Shown piece by piece: positions 22,482-31,637 of a DNA stretch of 64,000 nt. Each line of letters starts with the position of its first letter. Within the stretch, counting starts at the first letter, position 1. Made by a program: the position numbers and the translations under genes. This DNA is from Mantamonas sphyraenae STR306. Its lineage: Eukaryota > Protista > CRuMs. Below the pieces are notes generated by a model. The model did not search any database. It was not told where the DNA came from and saw only the letters and a list, made by a program, of their open reading frames with translations. The stretch covers positions 310,001 through 374,000 of the forward strand of contig JAPMXV010000035.1 of NCBI GenBank assembly GCA_026936335.1, in the 5' to 3' direction.

Positions 22482-24107
22482 ATGTCGTCGAACTTTGGCA
22501 GAGACCAGAAGACAGAAGACTTTCTCAAGGAGGCGTTTGCAAACTGGAGGGACGTGGACGAGCTTGTGCTTGGTAGCGGGCCATCTGCAGCAGATCTGGA
22601 GTATCGAGAGAAGAAGGCAAGGGCAGCACAGATTCGAGGGCGGTCGCAGCTGTTTGTGTCTGCAACTTCGATGAAGACGATGAAGCAACTGCAGCAGGAG
22701 GCGAGCGAAGAAAGTGCAAACGAACTGGACTGGGAGCAGCTGCTCATCAAGTACCTGCCAGAGATGGACAACCCCGGACTGGACTCTGTGTGGATGCGCA
22801 TGGGCGGGCACTCGAGCTGGGCAGACAAATTGGTGGCGGAGATGAAATCGGGCGACGAGGTGGTGGAACCGCTGAAAAGAGGGTCGGCCACTTTGTGTCT
22901 GACACCTGAGCGCGACCGCCTGATTCTGTTTGGCGGCCGGTTGTTCTTTGGCAAACACTATGTGTTGAACGACATGAGCATCTTTGACCTCGCCACACTG
23001 TCGTGGAGGTTCTACCATAACGACCTGAGCTTGTACCCCAACAATGGCGGGCCGAGCCATCGCTACGGCCACTCAGCAACCATAGTGGGAGACGACATGT
23101 ACGTTTATGGAGGGTCGTATATGCAAAACACCACGTGTGCCGCGTTGCGCACGTCCACCAACCAGGAAGTCCACAGCGTGCTGGAGATTTTCAACCTGCG
23201 CACGATGGAGTGGGAACGCGATCCCAGCAGTCGTATCTCAAGCGGTGCAGTCTACTTGAATGGAGGGACATCAGAACACACCATGACACTTCTCCCGCCT
23301 CATGAGGGAGCCTCAATGAGCAGCTCGAACCGTGGCCGTGGCGACGATGTCCTTCTGCGCATGGTCAAACTGGGTGGTTCTCAAGGTTCCACAAAGGTGT
23401 TGGAAAGCACGGATCATGGTTTGACATGGGCTGTGCGAAAGCTCACCGTGCTCCGCATCTCAAAGTTGCATACCGCCAACGTGTGGATCAACTCGGAGGA
23501 CAACTCCCGACACATCATCGTGTACGGCGGCATCGTCGGGCAGACCCCAACCAACCTGCTGGAGAGTTTCGAGACGTCGACGATGAACAAGACGGTGCTG
23601 CAAGAGGCGACAACCGACGGCTATGCGCCTGCAGCTCGGTCGGGCCATTCCGCGTGTGTGAGCCAGGACAAGCTGTTTGTGGTGGGAGGCTACGTACAAG
23701 AGCGTGGCTATACGAACGAGGTGATTGTGTACGACCTTGTTGAAAACCTGTGGGTGCAGACGATCCCAAGCACAAGCCCTTTGGTGCGAGGGGTCATGCC
23801 CACCGCATCAACCAAGATGGCCTCTGTTGCGGTCGGCTCGCGCATTTACATGTTTGGCGGGTATAGCGGCTCGTACCACGGCGGTATGAGTGTGCTGGAC
23901 TTTCTGCCCGAATGGGAGCCAGAGATCCACCACGCGTTCCCGGACGACTTTCGCCTGGCCGTCAAGACGCTGCTGATGATGTCACAGATCTCCCCTGACG
24001 GTTTCTTTCCCATGTACGATGACGAGGACATGGATTTCCTGTGGTGGATGTTGCCAACCGAGGTTGTGCTGCGCGTGATCCGCCACCTGGCGCGCGTTTG
24101 GACGTGA
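22482..24107 (+). CDS. Kelch-repeat protein with C-terminal F-box-like module
   Basis: Kelch blades LILFGG, RYGHSATIVGDDMYVYGG, ARSGHSAC..LFVVGG, IYMFGG. Tail WEPEIHHAFP..VKTLL..LPTEVVLRVI. Confidence 0.8.
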   Translation: MSSNFGRDQKTEDFLKEAFANWRDVDELVLGSGPSAADLEYREKKARAAQIRGRSQLFVSATSMKTMKQLQQEASEESANELDWEQLLIKYLPEMDNPGLDSVWMRMGGHSSWADKLVAEMKSGDEVVEPLKRGSATLCLTPERDRLILFGGRLFFGKHYVLNDMSIFDLATLSWRFYHNDLSLYPNNGGPSHRYGHSATIVGDDMYVYGGSYMQNTTCAALRTSTNQEVHSVLEIFNLRTMEWERDPSSRISSGAVYLNGGTSEHTMTLLPPHEGASMSSSNRGRGDDVLLRMVKLGGSQGSTKVLESTDHGLTWAVRKLTVLRISKLHTANVWINSEDNSRHIIVYGGIVGQTPTNLLESFETSTMNKTVLQEATTDGYAPAARSGHSACVSQDKLFVVGGYVQERGYTNEVIVYDLVENLWVQTIPSTSPLVRGVMPTASTKMASVAVGSRIYMFGGYSGSYHGGMSVLDFLPEWEPEIHHAFPDDFRLAVKTLLMMSQISPDGFFPMYDDEDMDFLWWMLPTEVVLRVIRHLARVWT

Positions 24108-24283
24108 GCCGGAGTGGGAGAGGAGTGGGGTGGCAAGAGGGTGACATCCAGGGTGGAAATGTACGGTGAAGGGGTTTCGATGGTCTGGAGGGCGATTTCA
24201 GCTGATACGTGAGACTGTGCGCCTGCTTCGCCACGCCAGTTCTTTGACAGACACACAGACACACAACGGACAGACCACCGAGA

Positions 24284-26271
24284 ATGTCGTTCGATAATGT
24301 GATGCTGAACAAGCGCTCGTCGGCTGCGATGGGCACTTTCAAGATCAACAACGACGGCATGGGTTGGAAGAATGGAAAGACGGATGAGGTGCTGCAGGTG
24401 CTGTCCAAGGAGATTCTGTCTCTGCAGTGGTCCAAGGTGCCGTCTGGCATGCAGCTGGCCGTGTACCTCAAGAGCGGTGGTTCCTACCTGTTTGACGGCT
24501 TTGGGCCCGCTGATCTGGACACGCTCAAGCCCTTTGCGAAAACATACGGCAAAGACATCGAGCAGGTCTCCGTGTCCACACGTGGACACAACTACGGTGA
24601 CTTGGAGTTTCAGAGTAAGTGGACAACCATGGCCACGTACGCGCTGCAGCTCAGCATGGCGCGTGCCCACAGAGAGGGGTGATCTCGAGCGCATTTTTCC
24701 CGCCAAAAAAAAAAGACGCGGGAAGCTGACGCACGGTGCGGCTACAGACAAGGAGCTGGTGATGAAGGACTCACGGGACGACACGATGTTCTCATTGAAC
24801 CTCGGCGACGTGAGCAACTGCACACTGAACAAGGAGAATGTGCAGATCCTGTTCCACGGGGCCGGGAGCACAGAAGCGAGGAATGTGAGTGATCAGGCCT
24901 TGGGGGGACTCGGGAAAACGCAGGGCACACACGCTTACACAGGGGGACATACACACTGTCACACTTGATGTGCGGACGCATTTGGTGTTTGTCACGCATG
25001 TGCCATCGTAGTCGGACACTGTGACGGAGATCTCGTTCTTTGTGCCACCGGTGGAAGGCGAGCCACTTCGAGCGGCGGAGCTGCAGAAAACCGTGCTTGA
25101 GCGGGCCGAGATTGACTTCAACTCGGGCGACTACGTCCTCAAACTTCCCCAGGTGTTCTTCCAGACGCCGCGCGGACGCTTCGACATGGAAATGTGCTCC
25201 ACGTTCTTCAGGCTGCTGGGCAAAAACAACAACAACTTTAAGATCCTGTACAAGAACGTCAAGGGCTTGTTTGTGCTGGAAGAGCCATACGGGCTGAACA
25301 CACTCTTTATGATCAAACTGGATCCGCCCATTAGTCAGGGCAGGTCGCGCTACCCGATCCTCCTGCTGCAGTTTAAGGACACGGACATCACCGAAGATCT
25401 GGAGGTGCAGCTGGACGAGGAAGAAATCGAGGCCAAGTATCCGCTGCTGAGCAAGAGCATGACGGGCAAAACCTACTTGGTGCTGAGCAAGGCATTCAAG
25501 TCGCTGGCCAAGGACAAGAAGATCATCAAGGCGGGCCAGTCGTTCAAGAGCGCGGCCGGAGCGGACGCCATCGTGTGCTCGCTGGGAACGTCGCAGGTGC
25601 TGTTGTATCCCCTGGAAAAGAGCTTTGTTTTCACCAGCAACCGCCCTGTGCATGTGGTGTACTCGCGCGTGGCTTCGGTGGAGTTTACGGCGTCCAAGAT
25701 CACGGCGACGGGCTCGCGAAAGAACTTTGATTTCACCATTAGCACAGAGTCGGGCAACACGTACGAATTTACAAACCTGGACCGAGAGGACTATGCGCCG
25801 CTGCTGAAGCTTGTGCAGGCCAAGCGCATGACCATCAAGAACTTTGAGCATGCCAAGGCTTTGTTCGGCACAGACGGCAACCTGAACGCTCGCGACGCCA
25901 GCCGCTACGCCGCGTATGCCGGAGAGGACGATCTGCGGGGTGTGGTCGATGACGAAGAGGATGATGATGGTGATGAGGGCCCCGGATACGATGACGGCGA
26001 GGATGACGACGGATCGGAAGGGAGCGGCGACGACGACTTTGCCCCCGACGACGACCTCAGCGAACCCGAGGAGTTTGAGGAGATCGAGGTGGAGGAGGGT
26101 GAGGAGGTCCCGGAGGATGATTCTGACAGCGAGGTGGAGGACGAAGACGATGAAGATGAGGAGGAGGCAAGCAGCAGCCGCAAGCGCGGACGTGACGACG
26201 AGGACGACGACGACGACGACGATGACGAGGCTGAGGAAGGTGGAGGCAAAAGGGCACGTGTGGATGAATAG
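24284..26271 (+). CDS. SSRP1: FACT complex subunit SSRP1/Pob3 (no HMG box)
   Basis: GMGWK, STRGHNYG, EISFFVP, TPRGRFDMEM, LDPPISQGRSRYP, LYPLEKSFVF and an acidic tail. Introns 24615-24747 and 24885-25011. Confidence 0.92.
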
Positions 26272-26340
26272 ATTGTGCAAGTTAGTGCAAGTTAGTGCAG
26301 GTTTGTGTGTGTGCGCATGCGGCGACATCGAAAAATCAGA

Positions 26341-27060
26341 ATGCCGGGAAAGGGCAAGCTGAAGCAGAAGCAACGAGGCAAGGGCAAACAACAGTCGCAA
26401 AGCGGAGCGTCTGGGTCGTCATCATCTTCTTCGTCGTCGTCTTCGGGCAAGGCAAGCAAGGGAAAGTCAAAGAACGAGCTGCGGAAGGAGGAGCTGCGGC
26501 GCGAAAACGAGAAGCTGGAGGTGATCAAGAATGCGCGTGCAAACACATCGCTGTTTGCGCTGTTCAACGCCTTTCAGGAGTACACAAAGGACGACACGAC
26601 GGTACGCTTTGAGTACAAGAGCCCCGAAGAGATGAGCAAGGAGGAAGTGCAATGGGCGTTTGACCTGTGCAAACTGAACATGGAAGAGATGTACAACGAG
26701 GGCTGGGGCTGGAATGACAACCGCAAGATGGGTGAGCTGACGGATGACAGCTCGCGCTTCTTGATTGGCTACGTGACAGGCGAGGGAGAGGACGGCAAGG
26801 ACGAGCCGGTGGCCTACTGCAACGTGGTTTTCGACCTGGATGACGACGGCAAGCTGATGCTGTACCTGATGGAGATCCAGCTGGAGGAGCGTATGCAGCG
26901 CAAAGGATTGGGAGAGAGGATGATGGTTGTGCTGGCACTGCTGGCCAAGCTGACCAAGATGGAGGTTGTGCGGCTCACAGTTTTCACGCGTATGTCGTGC
27001 AGGGAGTATTGGAAGGCGAAGGATGTACACAACAGGCAGGGCGGATACTCACTCACTCGG

Positions 27061-27101
<41 letters not shown>

Positions 27102-27235
27102 GAACAGACAATCCGGGCGCGATGAAGTTTTATACAGAGAAGTTGGGGTACAAGCCGATGGCCAAGTCACCCAGCGTGCGTGACCCGGTGCACGCTGACC
27201 AGTACTGCTACGAGATGCTGGAGAAGGACGTGTGA
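26341..27235 (+). CDS. NAA40: N-alpha-acetyltransferase 40 (NatD)
   Basis: WAFDL.K.NM...Y..WGW....K..EL, LYLMEIQLE...QRKGLG, LTVF..N..A.KFY..LGY...SP..YEML.K. Intron 26990-27107. Confidence 0.9.
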
Positions 27236-27274
27236 AGGTGTTGGAGGGGATTCGAGGACGTTTCAGCACAAATG

Positions 27275-28574
27275 TCAAGTGCCCCACATGTGGGCAAACA
27301 GCTCGTTGACAAAGTCCTCCTCGACACGCATGTTCACCGAATCATCCTCGGGAGCCATAAAATTCTCGAGCTTGTCGTGGACACGGTAGCTGAGGGTACG
27401 GCCCTTGGTCTTGCGTGCATACTCCTTGCGGCGGCGCGTGTTGCCTGCAAGCTGTTTGGCAGCCAACCAGTTGCGGCCCATGGCAATAGGATCTGCTCCG
27501 TTTGACTTTGCGTCGAGAAGCTGATGCAAAAGGCGTTCGTAAAAGTCTCCGTCGTCGTAGATGTTCGTAGTGTTCAGATTGGCTGGCAGGGGTGGCAGAG
27601 ACGCGTGCACGTTTGCTGCTGGGCGGAGCACCGATGATGCGTTCACGGCCGCGGTAAAGTTGGAAGCGTCGCTGCACGCGTTCTTTGTCACGCATGGCAT
27701 GGTCGATTTGGCGGACAATGCTCTGGTTGATGGCCTTGAACTTGCCTTCCGTAGCCACACGTGTCTTTTTGTCCCACTTGTCGAGGGTGGTGTCAAAGAA
27801 AGGACGCTCTGCGCGTGATGTGCTGTCCATAAGCTTCCAAAGATCGCGTGGGCGTTTGCGAGAGCGCGCAAGGGGAGCTGCGTCGATTCCTTCGACCTTG
27901 CCCTCACTGAGTGCAAGCTTGAGCTCGAGAAGGTCGCCCGCAAGGCCGAGAGCAGCTTCCTGTGCTCGTTCAAAGGCCTGCCTGAGTTGGGGGGAGTGGT
28001 CGCGAAAGGAAGAATGCATAGAAGGCTGTGGGAAGCGGTGGGCGAGCTTGAGGGCACCCTGGAGCTTGATGCGGAGCTCCAGAGAGTTGTCCCACAGCTG
28101 CTGCTGCCTCAAAGCATGCTGTGCCTTTTCGTTATCCTGCCTGCGAGTCAAAGGCGGTCCCGAATGGGTCATGAGTGCAGGCGAGGGCGCACGGACGGAG
28201 GTTTCCAGGTCGTCATCGGAGGCGGAGGAAGCCGACGCGGACGAATCGGACGAGGCGGACGAGGCCTGGGAACGAGGAGAGGAGGGTGGAGAGGAGGAGG
28301 AAGAGGATTGGGATGAGGGAGAGGAGGGAGAGGATGCAGACGGGTGTTCGAGCTCGAGGTCTGCTCTGCTCGTGCGCTTGCCTGTGTAGCGACCTGTGAG
28401 GAAATCCGTGTGCATTTCGCGACGGCGAGAACGAGGTGTGGGCTCAAACTGCTCATCCATGACGTCGGCAGTGCTTCGCACAGTCTCGGGCATGTCTTGC
28501 TCGTCGTCTAGGTCGACGACATCCTTGGGGGTCGGATCGAGCAGGTCTGCGAGCTGGGAGGCGAGCGAGCTCAT
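27275..28574 (-). CDS. AATF: AATF/Bfr2 ribosome biogenesis factor, one frameshift
   Basis: N-terminal SLASQLADLLDPTP, QQQLWDNSLELRIKLQ, LDKWDKKT. The C-terminal IYDDGDFY..LL and KGR.L.Y.VH.KL.NFMAP are in the adjacent frame (shift at ~27565-27595). Confidence 0.88.
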
Positions 28575-28651
28575 GGAGGTGGAGATTCGTTGGTGGGAAG
28601 AGCGCTGTGGGCTCCAAGCCAAAGCTTAGAAGCAACCAAACAGGGCCAGCA

Positions 28652-30379
28652 ATGTCGTTGTCGGTGAGTTCCAACCGATTGGATGTATTTGTGAACCAGT
28701 TGACGGACAAGGCGGCGCTGAAGGAGTACGGTGACCACGGCCAATTCTCGGCTTGTGTGATCGGCGACGGGCAGCTGCTGCTGAGTGGTGGATACCACTA
28801 TGGCAACCGAGTGTCGCACATGTTCAAGTTCAACGCAGATTTGATCAAGGTGCGCAAGATGCCCGTGCGTGGGCTGCAGCCACCCAAGGTGAATCTGCAA
28901 AAGAGCAAGCGGCAGGGGAGGCACGTGCTGCTGTTCGGAGGCTTTGTGCAGAACACACATCCAATCAACGAACTGTTGGTATTTGATCACGTGGCGGAGA
29001 GGTTTGTCACGGTGGAGTATGTGGACGGGGCGGAGGCAGTCGACGTGCAGTCGGTGCCTCTGGCGGAAGGGGAGGAGGAGGAGATCGAGGAGGAGTCGCT
29101 GGGGATGTCAGTGTGGCAGACGTTCTTTGGCAAGACAAAGACGAAGAAGGAAGTGCAGGCGAGGGAAGAGGAGACGAGCGGCGGGGTCGGAAACACTGCA
29201 GAAGAAGCGGAGGGCGAAGATGTGAAGGACAGGGTGGTTCGCGTCCACGGAGAGGTGCCCATTTCTCGTGGCTTTACGACGTGTGTGCAGACGGCGGGGC
29301 GATTGATCTTCTTTGCAGGAAGGACAGGGGCAGAGTCGTCGAGCTCTGGGTGGACGCACGACAACGAGGTGTGGATGCTGCAGCCATACGCTTGCGAAGT
29401 GGACATTGATGGAGAGCTTGACGAGAACGAGACAGTATGGGAGTGGGAATGGGTCAAGGTGGAGACGGTGAACGAAGGGCCGCTGCCACGTGGCACGCAC
29501 TGCGCGGGTCTGTTGAACGGACAGGGGATGTGGAAGCTGCTGCACGTGAATCAGGGTCACCCGACCATGGTTGTCTTTGGTGGGCGGACGGAAAAGGAGA
29601 TTTTTGACGATCTGTGGCTGCTGGACTTGGTGACGTTGACGTGGAAGCAGATTGAGGCCGGCGAAGAGATGGAAGTGTACGACCCGCTAAAGAAGGAAAA
29701 GGAGGAAACCCAATTGACGCCTCGGCAAGTGGGGGGAGCGCAGGAGCAAGGCGTGATCAAGGTGCTGGGCGGCGAGAAGGATGCCGGGGAGGAGAGCGGC
29801 GAAAAGGGGAAGAGTAGCAAGGGCAAGGAAAGCACGGAGAGCAAGAAGCATGCAGGATTCTGGCCATGCGCAAGGGCTTACCTGAGTGCACAGGTGGTGT
29901 ACGATTATGTGTTGCTTGTGATTGGCGGAGGGGACACGACGTCGCCGACGCGCTTCGGCCAGGACGTGATCGGATTCAACTTCTTGACGATGAAGTGGAA
30001 CCACGCACACATTCACATGAACACAGAGCCGATGGGCATTGACAAGGGGGACGTGTACTTGGAGCCTCCGAAAGTGAACAGCGACACGGTGTGGGCTCTG
30101 CGGAACCGCGTGTACGTGTACGGCTCTCCGTCGGGCAGCTTTGACTTTGTGCTGTGGCAGATGAACGTGAAGCCTCCGGAGTGGAACATGGATGTGCACC
30201 AGTACTACCCGTTGCGGTTCAAGCAGGTTGTAAAGACCCTGCTGCTGATCTGGTACCGCGAAGAGTACATGGACGACGACGTGTTTCCGCTGAACGAGGT
30301 GCCCTTTGAGGTGCTGGAGCGGATCATTGCCATGTTGAGTTTGGATCTGGGGATGTGGGGGGACCAGGATGCGTGGTGA
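28652..30379 (+). CDS. Kelch-repeat protein with C-terminal F-box-like module
   Basis: LLFGG, PISRGF..LIFFAG, PLPRGTH..MVVFGG...FDDLWLLDL, WPCARAY..LLVIGG. Tail WNMDVHQYYP..VKTLL..VPFEVLERII. Confidence 0.8.
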   Translation: MSLSVSSNRLDVFVNQLTDKAALKEYGDHGQFSACVIGDGQLLLSGGYHYGNRVSHMFKFNADLIKVRKMPVRGLQPPKVNLQKSKRQGRHVLLFGGFVQNTHPINELLVFDHVAERFVTVEYVDGAEAVDVQSVPLAEGEEEEIEEESLGMSVWQTFFGKTKTKKEVQAREEETSGGVGNTAEEAEGEDVKDRVVRVHGEVPISRGFTTCVQTAGRLIFFAGRTGAESSSSGWTHDNEVWMLQPYACEVDIDGELDENETVWEWEWVKVETVNEGPLPRGTHCAGLLNGQGMWKLLHVNQGHPTMVVFGGRTEKEIFDDLWLLDLVTLTWKQIEAGEEMEVYDPLKKEKEETQLTPRQVGGAQEQGVIKVLGGEKDAGEESGEKGKSSKGKESTESKKHAGFWPCARAYLSAQVVYDYVLLVIGGGDTTSPTRFGQDVIGFNFLTMKWNHAHIHMNTEPMGIDKGDVYLEPPKVNSDTVWALRNRVYVYGSPSGSFDFVLWQMNVKPPEWNMDVHQYYPLRFKQVVKTLLLIWYREEYMDDDVFPLNEVPFEVLERIIAMLSLDLGMWGDQDAW

Positions 30380-30416
30380 GGGCCACGTGAACTGAACGAC
30401 CGCCGAATTGAAAACG

Positions 30417-31580
30417 ATGTCGACCAAATCAGCAAGCTTTGTTGTGGATGGACTGCGCACAGCAGTGGGCAAGGGCAAGCCTGGAGGAGCACTGCATGGG
30501 ATTGCGCCTGGTTTGCTGTTGTCGCAGACGTTGGAGGGCCTGCTGGCACGCAACAGCGAGATTGCGAAAGAAGACGTTGGAGACGTGATGACGGGCTGTG
30601 TGACGCCCGTGGGGCCCCAGGGAGGAAACATCGCGCGTCTGGCAACCCTGCACAGTGGGATGCCGCACACGGTGCCCGCGACGACAATCAACCGCATGTG
30701 TGGCAGCAGCCAAACGGCATTGAACTTGGTTTCGGCCGCTGTGGAGGCCGGCGACTACGACGTGGGCCTGGCCAGCGGCATTGAGATGCTCTCCACGGTG
30801 CCCTTTTTCGCAGACTGCGACGGATATCTGATGAACAACAAGGAACCCGATGCGTTCCTGAGGTCGATGCCCGTGAAGCTGCTGCACCAGGGAGTGTCGG
30901 CTGAGTTGGTCGCAGAAAAGTACGGCGTGACGCGAGAGGAGTGTGAGGTTTACAGCGCTCGCTCGCACGAAAAGGCACTGGCACAGGACAGCGAGGCGCT
31001 GAAGGCGCAGGTGTTGGCGGTGGAGAACCCTGTGTCGGGAACGACGGTGACGCAGGACGAAGGTGTCCGCGCTCCGGACCTGTCCAAGCTGGCAGAGTTG
31101 AAGTCAGTGTTTAAGGAAGGAGGAGTGGTGACGGCCGGCACAGCAAGCCAGATCAGCGACGGTGCGGCAGCGGTGCTGGTGTGCAGCGAGGAGTACGCGA
31201 CGCGGAAGAACCTGGCGCCCAAAGCACGCGTGGTGTCGCGTGCTGTGGTCGGCTCGGACCCGGAGCTGATGCTTGACGGCATCCCTGCAGCAGCGCGCAA
31301 GGCCTTGGCTGCAGCCGGATTGGGCGTGGGCGAAATTGACCACTTCGAGATCAACGAGGCATTTGCGTGTGTGGTTCTCGCCTTTGCAAAGGACATGGAT
31401 GTGGACCTGGACCTGATCAACGGGTTCGGAGGAGCCATTGCACATGGCCATCCTACTGGCGCAACGGGTGCAATTCTGGCCACCAAGATTGTGCACAGTG
31501 TTCCTTCGGGCAGCAAGGTGCTGCAGGGCATGTGCATTGGACATGGCCAGGCGATTGCGACGGTGTATGAGATCATGTGA
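30417..31580 (+). CDS. Acetyl-CoA C-acyltransferase (thiolase)
   Basis: INRMCGSS, EINEAFA, GGAIAHGHPTGATG and MCIGHGQ motifs; intronless. Confidence 0.93.
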   Translation: MSTKSASFVVDGLRTAVGKGKPGGALHGIAPGLLLSQTLEGLLARNSEIAKEDVGDVMTGCVTPVGPQGGNIARLATLHSGMPHTVPATTINRMCGSSQTALNLVSAAVEAGDYDVGLASGIEMLSTVPFFADCDGYLMNNKEPDAFLRSMPVKLLHQGVSAELVAEKYGVTREECEVYSARSHEKALAQDSEALKAQVLAVENPVSGTTVTQDEGVRAPDLSKLAELKSVFKEGGVVTAGTASQISDGAAAVLVCSEEYATRKNLAPKARVVSRAVVGSDPELMLDGIPAAARKALAAAGLGVGEIDHFEINEAFACVVLAFAKDMDVDLDLINGFGGAIAHGHPTGATGAILATKIVHSVPSGSKVLQGMCIGHGQAIATVYEIM

Positions 31581-31637
31581 GGGGTGCGACGGTTGTGGAA
31601 AGTGGAAAGTGGAAAACAACGGTGTTTGGACAAGGAA

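Noticed and set aside
27061-27100. (CT)n(CA)n tract
   Set aside because: Ordinary intronic microsatellite.
17021-28574. Pseudogene status for thioredoxin and AATF
   Set aside because: Each has a single indel with all motifs intact on both sides, so assembly error is more parsimonious.
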